From: a virus
Lineage: Duplodnaviria; Caudoviricetes
IMG/VR virus record: IMGVR_UViG_3300030372_003714
Span: 24,721 to 88,720 of that record
Length of the DNA stretch: 64,000 nucleotides
Strand: one strand, 5' to 3'
In this document: positions 10,081-19,406 of the stretch, piece by piece
Layout of the letters: the number at the start of each line of letters is the position of its first letter
Position numbering within the stretch: position 1 is the first letter of the stretch
Notes under the pieces: model-generated
The model's input: only the letters and a program-made list of their open reading frames with translations
The model's database searches: none
What the model was told of the DNA's origin: nothing
Position numbers and translations under genes: made by a program

Positions 10081-10098
10081 GAAGGGATTTCTCCCCTC
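10081..10098 (-). terminator. Hairpin GAGGGGA-GAAA-TCCCTTC, probable intrinsic terminator
   Basis: 7-bp stem with GNRA loop downstream of the 10125 gene; weak U-tract. Confidence 0.5.
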
Positions 10099-10124
10099 TA
10101 TATCTACATATATATTTATAACTA

Positions 10125-10502
10125 TTATCCGTTACCTCTGATGTACGCTATCGTTACGATATGTACACCATTAGCAGTAGATACTGTACCACTAGCAGTT
10201 ACGTGGATTAATCCCGTATGCTGATTTGAAGGAACAAGCACACTAGCTTTTACGTTAGCTGCTGCTATAGCTGCAGTAACCCATTGAGCTGCGCCACCTA
10301 CTGCTACTCTTAAAGCACCAGTACCTGCTAATACAGCACCTCCGTTATTAGTATTTATATAAATACTATCAAGAACTGCGTCAGCTGGAATTTCTACATC
10401 AGATACCATAGCACCACCTGCCGTAGATCCGTCATATTTTATTGCTACAGAGACCGTTTCGATTTTACCTTTGGTTGCTCTGCTTTCTATTACATTTGCC
10501 AT
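10125..10502 (-). CDS. Small beta-rich structural protein (head decoration/fibre candidate)
   Basis: Ala/Gly/Val-rich; abundant-protein codon style; follows the capsid genes. Confidence 0.45.
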   Translation of the reverse strand: MANVIESRATKGKIETVSVAIKYDGSTAGGAMVSDVEIPADAVLDSIYINTNNGGAVLAGTGALRVAVGGAAQWVTAAIAAANVKASVLVPSNQHTGLIHVTASGTVSTANGVHIVTIAYIRGNG

Positions 10503-10533
10503 TATCTTATATTTTTAAAGTTAAACAATTATT

Positions 10534-11511
10534 TTATAGATTCACATCTGCGAAGTTACCTGGTGTAGATCCCATCCAAGGATTAATTTCTGCTTCGAAA
10601 TTAGCCTTTTGTCCTGCACCTGTAGGTATTGCAACCAATGTCATTTCTGGGCTTAAGCCGTCTTTGTTAAGATTAGCTGTAGCGTGTCTATCAGAATGCG
10701 TTACTGCATACATAGCATATTGAGCTCCTGCTGCTGCGTACACTGGGTACGAAGGTACTGGGAATCTCATTAAGTTAGTTACACCATCGTATCCTAACGC
10801 TGCTCTTTCTAGATCTGAAACATGCTCGAAAGTACCTGATCCATAAACTGGAGCAACTTGGTTCTCATCGTAAGTAGTTACACCACCATCAGAGAATCCT
10901 CCTTCCATTACACACTTAAATGTTACTTGCTCATAACCATCAATGATAGCATAAGTTTGTGCTAAAGCTGTAACAGTAAATCCACTATCAGTTGCTACTG
11001 CACCTGTAGTTTGAGCTGCTACTACTAAACCTGCAGCGTAATCATCAGCGTTGATAGCTGCAACCATAGCTGCAGAAATCTCAGCTTGTGTAGCTGTTGC
11101 ATCTGAAGTATAGTAGAAACGTCTTACTAATTGTCTTTCAGATCCGATAACTTTATCATATGTAAATATAATAGAGAATACGTATTCAGTTGAGTTTACT
11201 AAGTTGATAGAACCTGCACCCCCTGCAACTGCACCTACTTGTGCTTGTTGTTGTGTTGCTGCTAAAAATGCTGTTCCGTCCCACTTTTCAACTTGTAGTC
11301 CTTGGATTTTTGCCGAGAACTTTGGTGCTCCTGTTGTACCTTGTACAATGTAAACATATTCCGAATCCGCAATAGTTTCTGCTGGAGCTAGTATAGTCAT
11401 ATCTGACTTTACTAATGCTATCTCACCGTCAGCTAATGTAGCTACAGTTGCTCCTGCAGTTCTTGCTACACCCTTACCGATAAGAATTTTATAATTTTCA
11501 TGTCTTGCCAT
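10534..11511 (-). CDS. Putative auxiliary capsid protein (crAss-like)
   Basis: 325 aa, Ala/Thr/Gly-rich; position downstream of MCP and the ring gene matches crAss-like capsid blocks. Confidence 0.6.
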   Translation of the reverse strand: MARHENYKILIGKGVARTAGATVATLADGEIALVKSDMTILAPAETIADSEYVYIVQGTTGAPKFSAKIQGLQVEKWDGTAFLAATQQQAQVGAVAGGAGSINLVNSTEYVFSIIFTYDKVIGSERQLVRRFYYTSDATATQAEISAAMVAAINADDYAAGLVVAAQTTGAVATDSGFTVTALAQTYAIIDGYEQVTFKCVMEGGFSDGGVTTYDENQVAPVYGSGTFEHVSDLERAALGYDGVTNLMRFPVPSYPVYAAAGAQYAMYAVTHSDRHATANLNKDGLSPEMTLVAIPTGAGQKANFEAEINPWMGSTPGNFADVNL

Positions 11512-11542
11512 TACTCATAATTTTTAAATTAAACAATTTTTT

Positions 11543-12244
11543 TTATTCTCCTGTAATTTCTGTGACCATATGACTCTGGAATCTTGGACTTGCTATATTC
11601 TCTAATGCTAAACCAACAGCTATACTCACAATTTCTATATGTGTATGTTCTGCTAATTCACATGACATTAGTGGAAAATTAGTAATATCCAATCTAATCG
11701 GTTGTCTTATGTATCTCAAAAAATACTGGTTTATTGTAAAAGTCCCGTCTGTAATTAACTCTGCCCATCTTCCATGCATCAAACGTAATACAACGTTCTT
11801 TGTTGGTTTATTAAATGGGTCATCTACCAATTTATCGTAATCATTATGAGACGTCGCATAAACTCCTGTTCTTTCGTCTACCCAACTGCCATTGCAGTCT
11901 TCATAACGTATTTCACATTCTTCATTAATGGCGAACCAATAAATGTCCGGACTTATACTCCCATCAGGCAAATCGAATAATATTCCATTTGGTTTAGTTG
12001 GGGTTTGTATCGCAGACGGAATTATTGTTGCTTCTGTAACAATAGTTCTTAAATCATCAGTACGTTTTTGCGTTTCCTCAAATGTTTCCGTTTTTTGGTT
12101 GTGTACATAACGTGTTTTTACAAAACGATCTTGAGCTCTATTAAGCCAAAGATCGATTTCTTCAGGTTCAAAGTTAGGGTAGTTAAGACTATCTGTCTTA
12201 TCTAACCCTAATTTGAATTCTATGTGCATTTCTGCTAATGTCAT
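11543..12244 (-). CDS. Tail ring/adaptor protein (crAss-like, P22 gp4-like)
   Basis: N-terminal MTLAEMHIEFKLGLDK...FEPEEIDLWLNRAQ pattern of crAss ring proteins; YIRQP and HTHIEIV motifs. Confidence 0.75.
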   Translation of the reverse strand: MTLAEMHIEFKLGLDKTDSLNYPNFEPEEIDLWLNRAQDRFVKTRYVHNQKTETFEETQKRTDDLRTIVTEATIIPSAIQTPTKPNGILFDLPDGSISPDIYWFAINEECEIRYEDCNGSWVDERTGVYATSHNDYDKLVDDPFNKPTKNVVLRLMHGRWAELITDGTFTINQYFLRYIRQPIRLDITNFPLMSCELAEHTHIEIVSIAVGLALENIASPRFQSHMVTEITGE

Positions 12245-13017
12245 TATTTTTTACTTGCTTTAAGTTTTGACTTTAACGATAATACTATATCCTGATTTTT
12301 TGGATCTTTTAAGTATAGTAATGCTGATTCTAAGTCGTGACCAATAGCACTATCACCGAACATGTAGTGACCACCTCTCACGCGAAGAGCATTTATACCT
12401 CTAAGATCTTCGACAAATACTCGAAGTTTGAAATCTGGTTGGTCTACAGTTTCATTAAAACTCCCTGGATCTTTATCTAAAATATCTGCAAGTGTATTTT
12501 CAATTAATGTGTCCGAAGCATTATCTGACTTCTTACCCATTAGTTTTAATACATTACGCATTTCAGTTGTTGTCATTGAGTTAAATGTTTTATAAGCCTT
12601 CCTTTTTTCTTTAATTTTAAGATTATCCTTTTTAGCATCTTCTTCTGCATCATATAATACATATTCTGCTTTTGGCCAATCTTGTAAATTATTAACTGAA
12701 TTAGCTACACGTTTACTAGACATTAAGATTCTATAATCAATAAAATCTCTAGGTCTTTCTAACATTAAGGTTTTATCCTTGTCATTTAATATAACCGTAT
12801 AGTCTCTCCAATATTCTGAGTACTTACCTAAAGTACCAGGCTTCATTTGCAATTCTGATTCTAGATCCTTTTCTTCCTTTTGTGAAAGACCGGTAGCATA
12901 GCCCCCTCGACCGAGAGAAGCTATGACCGTATCTTTACATTTAGGAAATCTATGAAAACCAGACCATGATTGTCTTTCTAAAGCCTTCAAAATTACTTTT
13001 CCTTTTCTATCTTTCAT
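12244..13017 (-). CDS. Conserved crAss-like protein encoded immediately downstream of MCP
   Basis: GYATGLSQKEEKDLESEL...YWRDY...L.L.RPRDFIDY pattern and synteny with MCP. Confidence 0.65.
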   Translation of the reverse strand: MKDRKGKVILKALERQSWSGFHRFPKCKDTVIASLGRGGYATGLSQKEEKDLESELQMKPGTLGKYSEYWRDYTVILNDKDKTLMLERPRDFIDYRILMSSKRVANSVNNLQDWPKAEYVLYDAEEDAKKDNLKIKEKRKAYKTFNSMTTTEMRNVLKLMGKKSDNASDTLIENTLADILDKDPGSFNETVDQPDFKLRVFVEDLRGINALRVRGGHYMFGDSAIGHDLESALLYLKDPKNQDIVLSLKSKLKASKK

Positions 13018-13042
13018 GATAAATTTTTAAATTAAACACTAA

Positions 13043-14494
13043 TTAGCTGTTTGGAGCTGCCTTAGTACAAATCAATTCACCACAAGCCATAGGATTTTTA
13101 ATCATCACACCACACTCAGTTAACATGTGTACTGAGTAACCATCAAGATTATCAGAACGCATAGTGTTAACAGACTTAGCTGTATTTCCAAATGGATCTA
13201 CAGAACCAGCAGTATGCCACATCATATCCTTAGAGTCTTTCTTATGTACTGCTTGGATGTTTGATTCTCCACCAGCCATACCAAAGTCAAGGAATGTGAA
13301 TCTGTAAGACTCTAATGGTCTTCCAGTATCAGCATGTAACTGTCTGTTGATAACTGTGTTGTCATATAATGGTAAGTGCTTAAGAGTAATCTTAGTACCA
13401 TTTAATCCTAGGTAAGTTTTGAATTGTCCACCTAAAGACAAGTTTTGCCCGCTACCAGTAATGAATGTTGAATCAACAAGAGTCCAGTTTGAAGCTGCTG
13501 TTTTCATAGCTTTGTCGAATTCTGCGAATCCGTACTCACCTGTAAACGCAACAAACTCTCTTGAAGACTCAGGCATCACATTATAAGATAGATCAATTAA
13601 GAAATCTCTGATGATTCCTTCTGATAAATCTGTATAGTAACGTCTGTTAGCAGGAGCAATTTGCTCTCTAATTCCTGCTCCTTCGTATACTGGAAGACCG
13701 TTGTTACCTAACATATCTGTAATACCATTAGCATTAGCAGAGAATGTTGAGTACCAGTATGATCTTTCAATTTCTCTATACCACTGAGCCATTGCTTCCC
13801 ACTCAGCGTATCTTGTCCACACTGTAGTTTTCTTTCCTGGGTTAGCAGGGTCAGCTAGTTGAATAACAAGAGCATCAGTTGCTGCTGATCTTGTTACTGT
13901 GTAAGATTTACGTAGAGTTGATAAATGATTTCTCATTTTAAATGGAGCACTGAAAGTCGTGTTACCACCAGTTGAGAATTCAGGAACTGTAGTATACTCT
14001 TTCGAGAACTGTGATCCTGCATCAATCAATAGTGGGTCCATGAATTTCGTTGGGTCTGGACTCGTTAATTTTAACGTGTAGATCCAATCTGATCCATCAA
14101 AATATGGATCTTCCATTACTCTTACTCTGTAATCTCTGTCATCCGCAACCAATACTTCTTGGTTAGCGAACCATTTTTCTCCGAACTTAACTCGGAATGT
14201 TGTACGGTTAAGCCCTGGTTGAGCTCCTCCGTCACCTAAGTTTCCAGTCACTGGAACTGCCTTTTCATCATCTCCTTGTAAGTGCCAGTCGTACTCTCTG
14301 TTTCCGATCTCAGAAGATCTTCCCATACCGCTAGTTAAATATTGGATTGGGTTAGATCCCTGCATTCCGAAGATACGAGTTACTAAAGTACTCATAACTT
14401 CCGGCTCAGTCAAATATGCTGACGAAAGGTGATTTTGTTGGGTCAAGCCCGAGTGCCACTTAGTTTTATAAAGTTGCAATCCGTTTATAGCCAT
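13043..14494 (-). CDS. Major capsid protein (crAss-like, HK97 fold)
   Basis: 483 aa; YDWHLQG, GAGIREQI, FTGEYG, ITLKHLPLYD motifs; biased codon usage; scaffold-MCP order. Confidence 0.92.
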   Translation of the reverse strand: MAINGLQLYKTKWHSGLTQQNHLSSAYLTEPEVMSTLVTRIFGMQGSNPIQYLTSGMGRSSEIGNREYDWHLQGDDEKAVPVTGNLGDGGAQPGLNRTTFRVKFGEKWFANQEVLVADDRDYRVRVMEDPYFDGSDWIYTLKLTSPDPTKFMDPLLIDAGSQFSKEYTTVPEFSTGGNTTFSAPFKMRNHLSTLRKSYTVTRSAATDALVIQLADPANPGKKTTVWTRYAEWEAMAQWYREIERSYWYSTFSANANGITDMLGNNGLPVYEGAGIREQIAPANRRYYTDLSEGIIRDFLIDLSYNVMPESSREFVAFTGEYGFAEFDKAMKTAASNWTLVDSTFITGSGQNLSLGGQFKTYLGLNGTKITLKHLPLYDNTVINRQLHADTGRPLESYRFTFLDFGMAGGESNIQAVHKKDSKDMMWHTAGSVDPFGNTAKSVNTMRSDNLDGYSVHMLTECGVMIKNPMACGELICTKAAPNS

Positions 14495-14522
14495 TCACTT
14501 TCTTTTTTTAGTTAAACATTAT

Positions 14523-15719
14523 TTAAATTTTAAGCGCGTTTTCAAACAAGCTGAAATCAATATCATTACCTGTAGCTTTTGTTCTAGTTTTACTCTTTAG
14601 TTTCTTTGATGAAACTCCAGAAGCTCGTTCTAGACTTGCTTTAAGTGAAGATGTTGCTTTTGTTCTAGCCTTTTTTTCAACTTTTGAAAAATCAAACTTA
14701 TTATAATATAACCAAGCCATCTTAAGCTGAGAATCTTGATCAGCTTCCGAATCCATTACTAATCTTGTTTTTCCTGTCTTCCTATCAGGTTTAGTTATAT
14801 AATCATAGAAATCCTTTTTTGCTTTCTTAGATACTGGGAAACCAGCGATTTCTTCTCTGGATGCAATATCGTCTTTAAGACTAGTAAGAAAATTTGTGTA
14901 CTCAGCTTCTTTAGCTTGAGCAGATTCTTCTTGTTTTTTAAGAAGGTCTTTTCTTTCATTAGCTTGCATAGACTTTAATTTACTTAAAGCTCTGCTTGCT
15001 CTTTTCTCGATTAAACCTCCATCTACAAAATCTTGAATATCAGAAAGGATTTCATCCTGAGTGAAACCTTCACGTCTCATTAGTTCTGCAACTAATTGCT
15101 TTTGTAAATTTTCTTTCCCCTTAACCATCTTTGGGTCAATTCGGCTAAAGTCAACATCACTTGTAGCTTTTACAAAATTTTGAGGATCTCCTCCTTTATC
15201 TATATACTCAATAAATTCTTGTGCTAAAGCAGGAAGGTCTTCTTTGTATTTACTTACACCTTTTTTTATTTCATTCTCAATCAAAGATTTGATCCCATCT
15301 TCTGAGTCTTCAAATTCTTCGTCATCAAAATCAATAACACCTTCTTCCTTTAGGTAATTAGCAAGTACCCCAAGTTGTGATACTTCCTCAGAATCAGATT
15401 CAGCAACAGATTCTTCTGCTACGTCTTCTTCTTCTACCATTTCTTCTTTATACGCGATTTCTAAATTATCAGCCGAAAGAGTTTCTTTTTTCTCCTCTTC
15501 CTTCTTCTCCTCTTTATCATCGTCCATATGTTCTACTTCATCAGTAGTGAGGTCTGTATTTGTTAAGTCTTTGACCCCTGTATCAGCACCTAAAGTTTCT
15601 GTTAAGTTTTCTTCTGGTACTGATGCGACTTCTTGTACTTCTAGATTCTCAGCTGGCATTATTTCTGCAGCCAAGTTTTTAAATCCGTCTAGTGGATTAT
15701 CGTTTGTATTCTCTGACAT
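14523..15719 (-). CDS. Capsid scaffolding protein
   Basis: Very acidic N-terminal half, coiled coil, basic C-terminus; directly upstream of MCP. Confidence 0.75.
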   Translation of the reverse strand: MSENTNDNPLDGFKNLAAEIMPAENLEVQEVASVPEENLTETLGADTGVKDLTNTDLTTDEVEHMDDDKEEKKEEEKKETLSADNLEIAYKEEMVEEEDVAEESVAESDSEEVSQLGVLANYLKEEGVIDFDDEEFEDSEDGIKSLIENEIKKGVSKYKEDLPALAQEFIEYIDKGGDPQNFVKATSDVDFSRIDPKMVKGKENLQKQLVAELMRREGFTQDEILSDIQDFVDGGLIEKRASRALSKLKSMQANERKDLLKKQEESAQAKEAEYTNFLTSLKDDIASREEIAGFPVSKKAKKDFYDYITKPDRKTGKTRLVMDSEADQDSQLKMAWLYYNKFDFSKVEKKARTKATSSLKASLERASGVSSKKLKSKTRTKATGNDIDFSLFENALKI

Positions 15720-15744
15720 AATAATATTAGTTTTTTGAATTCGA

Positions 15745-15752
15745 CAAAAATA
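15745..15752 (-). promoter_or_regulatory. Bacteroidota -7 promoter element (TATTTTTG)
   Basis: TAnnTTTG about 25 nt upstream of the scaffold ATG. Confidence 0.55.
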
Positions 15753-15822
15753 TATTTAATTAATTACATAAAAAAACCTTTTAACAGGAAAAAATAAATT
15801 TTTTATTGTTTATTATAGCTTT

Positions 15823-16872
15823 TTATTCATATCTATAAATCTCATTTTTCTTTACAAAGTTTTCAAAACCATAATTTACATCATTCCACTTAGAGGTCAT
15901 ATAGCCTTTTTTGTGTTTATATGGAGTTGAATAATCTTTTTTGTATGTACCTCTATCCATATTCCACAGTACATACATTTTAGTTTCGTTGTTCATTTTC
16001 TTATACCAAGTTGACCATCCTGCTTTTTTATCTTCAGCAGATAATGATTTCCAGAATATATCAAAATTAGTTGGGCCCATATTATATGCAGCAAATGTTC
16101 TAGCTTTTCTTTCTTCTGTTGTTGTAGCAGATTTTACATTACTTCTATCTTCATATATATAATCCATATAACGTCTTTGAGCTAATGCTTGAGCAGCTGG
16201 ATCTGTTATCTTAGCTGTCTCTGGAATCCATCCTTTTTCTTTTGCCCATTTAAATGTGCTTGGTAAAAACTGTGCTACACCCATTGCTCCTGCATCTGAA
16301 ACTACAGAATTCTTTCCACCAGATTCTTTCCATATTTGAGCTTGGAATTCTTCTTCAGTAAAATATGGATTAGTATAGTTCTCTAACTGTCGGTTTACTA
16401 GACTTTGATTTATTGCACTATAAGTCTTATTACCCCAAGCACCATCAACAGTAATATTTCTACCTTCTGATACTGCTAGGTTTTGTTGATCTGTAATATA
16501 TTCAGTATCATCTTTTTTAGATCTATAATGATCTATATCTGCCCATCCATATTTATTAACTTTAAAATTTGATTTTTTTAATTCTTCTGGAATAACTGGA
16601 CCTATACCACTGAAGTATGGATCTTCTTGTGTAGCCTCTGTAACAGGTATTTGTTGTTCTATTAAACCAACATTTGCTCGTAGTTCTCTTGGATCAACAG
16701 TAGGTACAGGATCTTTAGTACCATATTCTGCTTTAATTCTTTTTCTCCATTCAGGATTAGCCCCAACAAAACCTGATATTTTTGGCATAGATGGAACCTC
16801 CTTTTTAGGAGAACTTTCAAGGTTTCCTCCAAATCTTGCTTTTCTATATTCTGAAAATAACTTACTGTGCAT
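15823..16872 (-). CDS. Lytic transglycosylase (SLT) with putative peptidoglycan-binding motif
   Basis: QIWKESGG (catalytic Glu), AGAMGVAQFLPSTF, FAAYNMGP; upstream ITVDGAWGNKTYSAI resembles a PG-binding repeat. Confidence 0.85.
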   Translation of the reverse strand: MHSKLFSEYRKARFGGNLESSPKKEVPSMPKISGFVGANPEWRKRIKAEYGTKDPVPTVDPRELRANVGLIEQQIPVTEATQEDPYFSGIGPVIPEELKKSNFKVNKYGWADIDHYRSKKDDTEYITDQQNLAVSEGRNITVDGAWGNKTYSAINQSLVNRQLENYTNPYFTEEEFQAQIWKESGGKNSVVSDAGAMGVAQFLPSTFKWAKEKGWIPETAKITDPAAQALAQRRYMDYIYEDRSNVKSATTTEERKARTFAAYNMGPTNFDIFWKSLSAEDKKAGWSTWYKKMNNETKMYVLWNMDRGTYKKDYSTPYKHKKGYMTSKWNDVNYGFENFVKKNEIYRYE

Positions 16873-19354
16873 TCGGTTTCTTTTTAGCTGCTGTTCTCTT
16901 TATAGCTTCTTCTGCTTTATTGGCCCTCTTCTTTTCATTTAGCTCAGCTTTTTTCAATCCTAATTCACCTTGCATTTTTTCTCTTTGTAGTGCCATATCT
17001 GCATTACTCTTGGCTTCAGCTACTCCTGCTTCAGCTTCTTTATGATCTACATAACCATCATTATTTTCATCAGCGTCTATCATTTTTGCCTCAGCATTAA
17101 TCATAGCAACTTTGATTTTAGTTTCATTATCTTGTAGATTACGAGCATCTTCTCTAGCCTCTTTCTCTTGCTCCATCTGCATTTGCATTTGCTGTTGTTG
17201 TTGAGCAGCTTGTTGTTCTGCTTGTTGAGCTTGAGCTTGCTTTTTCTCCATTTCTGATTGAGCTGTTTCTAACATTTTTCTAACCTTAGTCATAGACTCA
17301 GATTGTAAAATAGTAGCCACATCTGTAAAGCTTACTACTCCTGCTTGTAATGCTGCTTGAGCTAAAGACTTCAATGATTCTAATGCTCTATCATCTTTAG
17401 AAGAATTTGAAACAAATACTCCATAACTAGAATTAGTAAAGTCTTCTGCATCTATATTTAAAAAAGTTCTCATCATATCATCTCCTAGATATTGAATCTT
17501 TTTTCCTGTTCTATAAGACATTTTAGCTACATCTAATAATGCAGTTAATACTCTTTTCTTACATTCATTATGAGAATAGAACCAGAATTCAGTAATATGT
17601 GAAGACTGTACTACAGCTCTTTCAGTGTTACCTACTAATTCTGATGTTTGTACTTGACCTTGTCTTTGTCTACTAACTCCTGATAATTCACCAAGTTCAG
17701 TTTTAATTGCATCTAGTAATTGTACATGAGTATTAATATAATTACCCATAGATAAATCTATACTTTGGAATTGATTAAATGGAGCTGCATCTCTAGATCT
17801 ATTTCCTTCTTCTCTAGAATTAATAAACATTACTCCCATAGATTCTAAGTAATACATCCATTTAGATACATCCCATCCTTCAGACGCAGGTATTTGAGAA
17901 ATATCCATTAATGCTACTTTACCTTTTGATTTAGCTATAGCTAATTCTGTTCTATAGTAAATAATATTATATAGATATTGGAAAGGCTTCATTCTATCAA
18001 TTAATGAAATAGATTCTGAATTTCTTTCATTATAGATATAACCAACATATCCTGATTTTACATCACTAGGATTAGACATATCTCTACGTTGGTTTTTCTT
18101 AGGCTTAACATTACAATAAATATCTTCTCCAATTTTAGTACCTTCCCAATACTCACTTATCCAATACCACTTCAGTTCTACGCCATCAAAGAAATAAGAT
18201 CTTCCTTTCTTTTCAGCATAATCCGGCACTTCAAATATTTCATCTACAACATCTTCTTGCGCCTGTCCTTGAGCATCAAAATAAGAAACAATTCCAATTT
18301 TTCTCATAGACTTCCATTCTACTTGTAGAACTCTAATCATTCCATTTCTTCGATACTGTCTAATTTGTCCAGGATCAAAAACTCCACTACCTACTGTATC
18401 TAATCTTTCATAGTTAACTATATTAAACTCGCTATATGGATAATTTAAACCATTACTTTCCATATTATCATTTCTTCCATCTGGTCCTCTTTCGAGTTTA
18501 TCAATCTCAGAAGGTTCTAAATCTTGATAAAATTCGTCAATGACTGTAGATAAAGTTAACCATCTCTCTTCTATTACTGCTTGTGAGTCTTCTATCCACG
18601 GAGAATCTGGATCTAAAATTACTCTTACGTCTAATGGATTTACTAATCTAACTGTAGGATTTCCTGATATATCTCCTACCCAATAAATTTCTTCACCAGC
18701 AATTAATGCATCTTTAAATCCTTGATTAAACTTAAGCTCTAAATCATCCTCTCTCGTTAAAAACTCTAATATACTTTGAGCAGTTATTTCTTTTATATCT
18801 CTATATTCATAGTTAATATATTTTTCAATTTGAGCTGGAGTTTTTGGTTGATAAGTTGCCGCGGCTTCAGGATCTGTTTGTTGTAATTGTTGAAGTTCTT
18901 GTTGTTGAGCTGCCTCGTCTTCTGGGCTAACAACCACAGAATATAGATACTGCATCATCATCTCTTTCTTCATCTCTTCTAATTTTGAAATAGCATCGGG
19001 ATCATGAGATACTACTTTAAAATTAAATGGACGTTTTATTTCTTCACCAATTAATAATTGAAGTTTTGGAGAGATAATATCATAATGCTGCATCTGTGCA
19101 GGGAATTCTCCTTCATTAAATCCAAAAGGATTTAGTACATATTGAAAATCTTGTTGATCTAGTTTACCATTAAACAAATCATAATTAATTTGTTTTTTAA
19201 ATCTAGAAGATCTTCCATTATAATTTATATCTCCATACGTTATTTTTTCAAGCTCATCAATACATGTACGAGCCCACTTCTTGCCTTTCTTATTTCGAGG
19301 TAATTTCTGTCTAGGCAGATCCCCCAAAATATATGATCCCATGTTTTCTTCCAT
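16862..19354 (-). CDS. Portal protein (crAss-like)
   Basis: 830 aa; follows TerL; LSGVSRQRQGQ...VGNTERAVVQSSHITE motif; Q/E-rich coiled-coil C-terminus. Confidence 0.9.
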   Translation of the reverse strand: MEENMGSYILGDLPRQKLPRNKKGKKWARTCIDELEKITYGDINYNGRSSRFKKQINYDLFNGKLDQQDFQYVLNPFGFNEGEFPAQMQHYDIISPKLQLLIGEEIKRPFNFKVVSHDPDAISKLEEMKKEMMMQYLYSVVVSPEDEAAQQQELQQLQQTDPEAAATYQPKTPAQIEKYINYEYRDIKEITAQSILEFLTREDDLELKFNQGFKDALIAGEEIYWVGDISGNPTVRLVNPLDVRVILDPDSPWIEDSQAVIEERWLTLSTVIDEFYQDLEPSEIDKLERGPDGRNDNMESNGLNYPYSEFNIVNYERLDTVGSGVFDPGQIRQYRRNGMIRVLQVEWKSMRKIGIVSYFDAQGQAQEDVVDEIFEVPDYAEKKGRSYFFDGVELKWYWISEYWEGTKIGEDIYCNVKPKKNQRRDMSNPSDVKSGYVGYIYNERNSESISLIDRMKPFQYLYNIIYYRTELAIAKSKGKVALMDISQIPASEGWDVSKWMYYLESMGVMFINSREEGNRSRDAAPFNQFQSIDLSMGNYINTHVQLLDAIKTELGELSGVSRQRQGQVQTSELVGNTERAVVQSSHITEFWFYSHNECKKRVLTALLDVAKMSYRTGKKIQYLGDDMMRTFLNIDAEDFTNSSYGVFVSNSSKDDRALESLKSLAQAALQAGVVSFTDVATILQSESMTKVRKMLETAQSEMEKKQAQAQQAEQQAAQQQQQMQMQMEQEKEAREDARNLQDNETKIKVAMINAEAKMIDADENNDGYVDHKEAEAGVAEAKSNADMALQREKMQGELGLKKAELNEKKRANKAEEAIKRTAAKKKPNAQ

Positions 19355-19375
19355 TATCCGTAATTAATTAATTTA

Positions 19376-19383
19376 CAAAAATA
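19376..19383 (-). promoter_or_regulatory. Bacteroidota -7 promoter element (TATTTTTG)
   Basis: TAnnTTTG in the TerL-portal gap. Confidence 0.5.
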
Positions 19384-19406
19384 TATAAATTTATTTAAAA
19401 ATTAGT

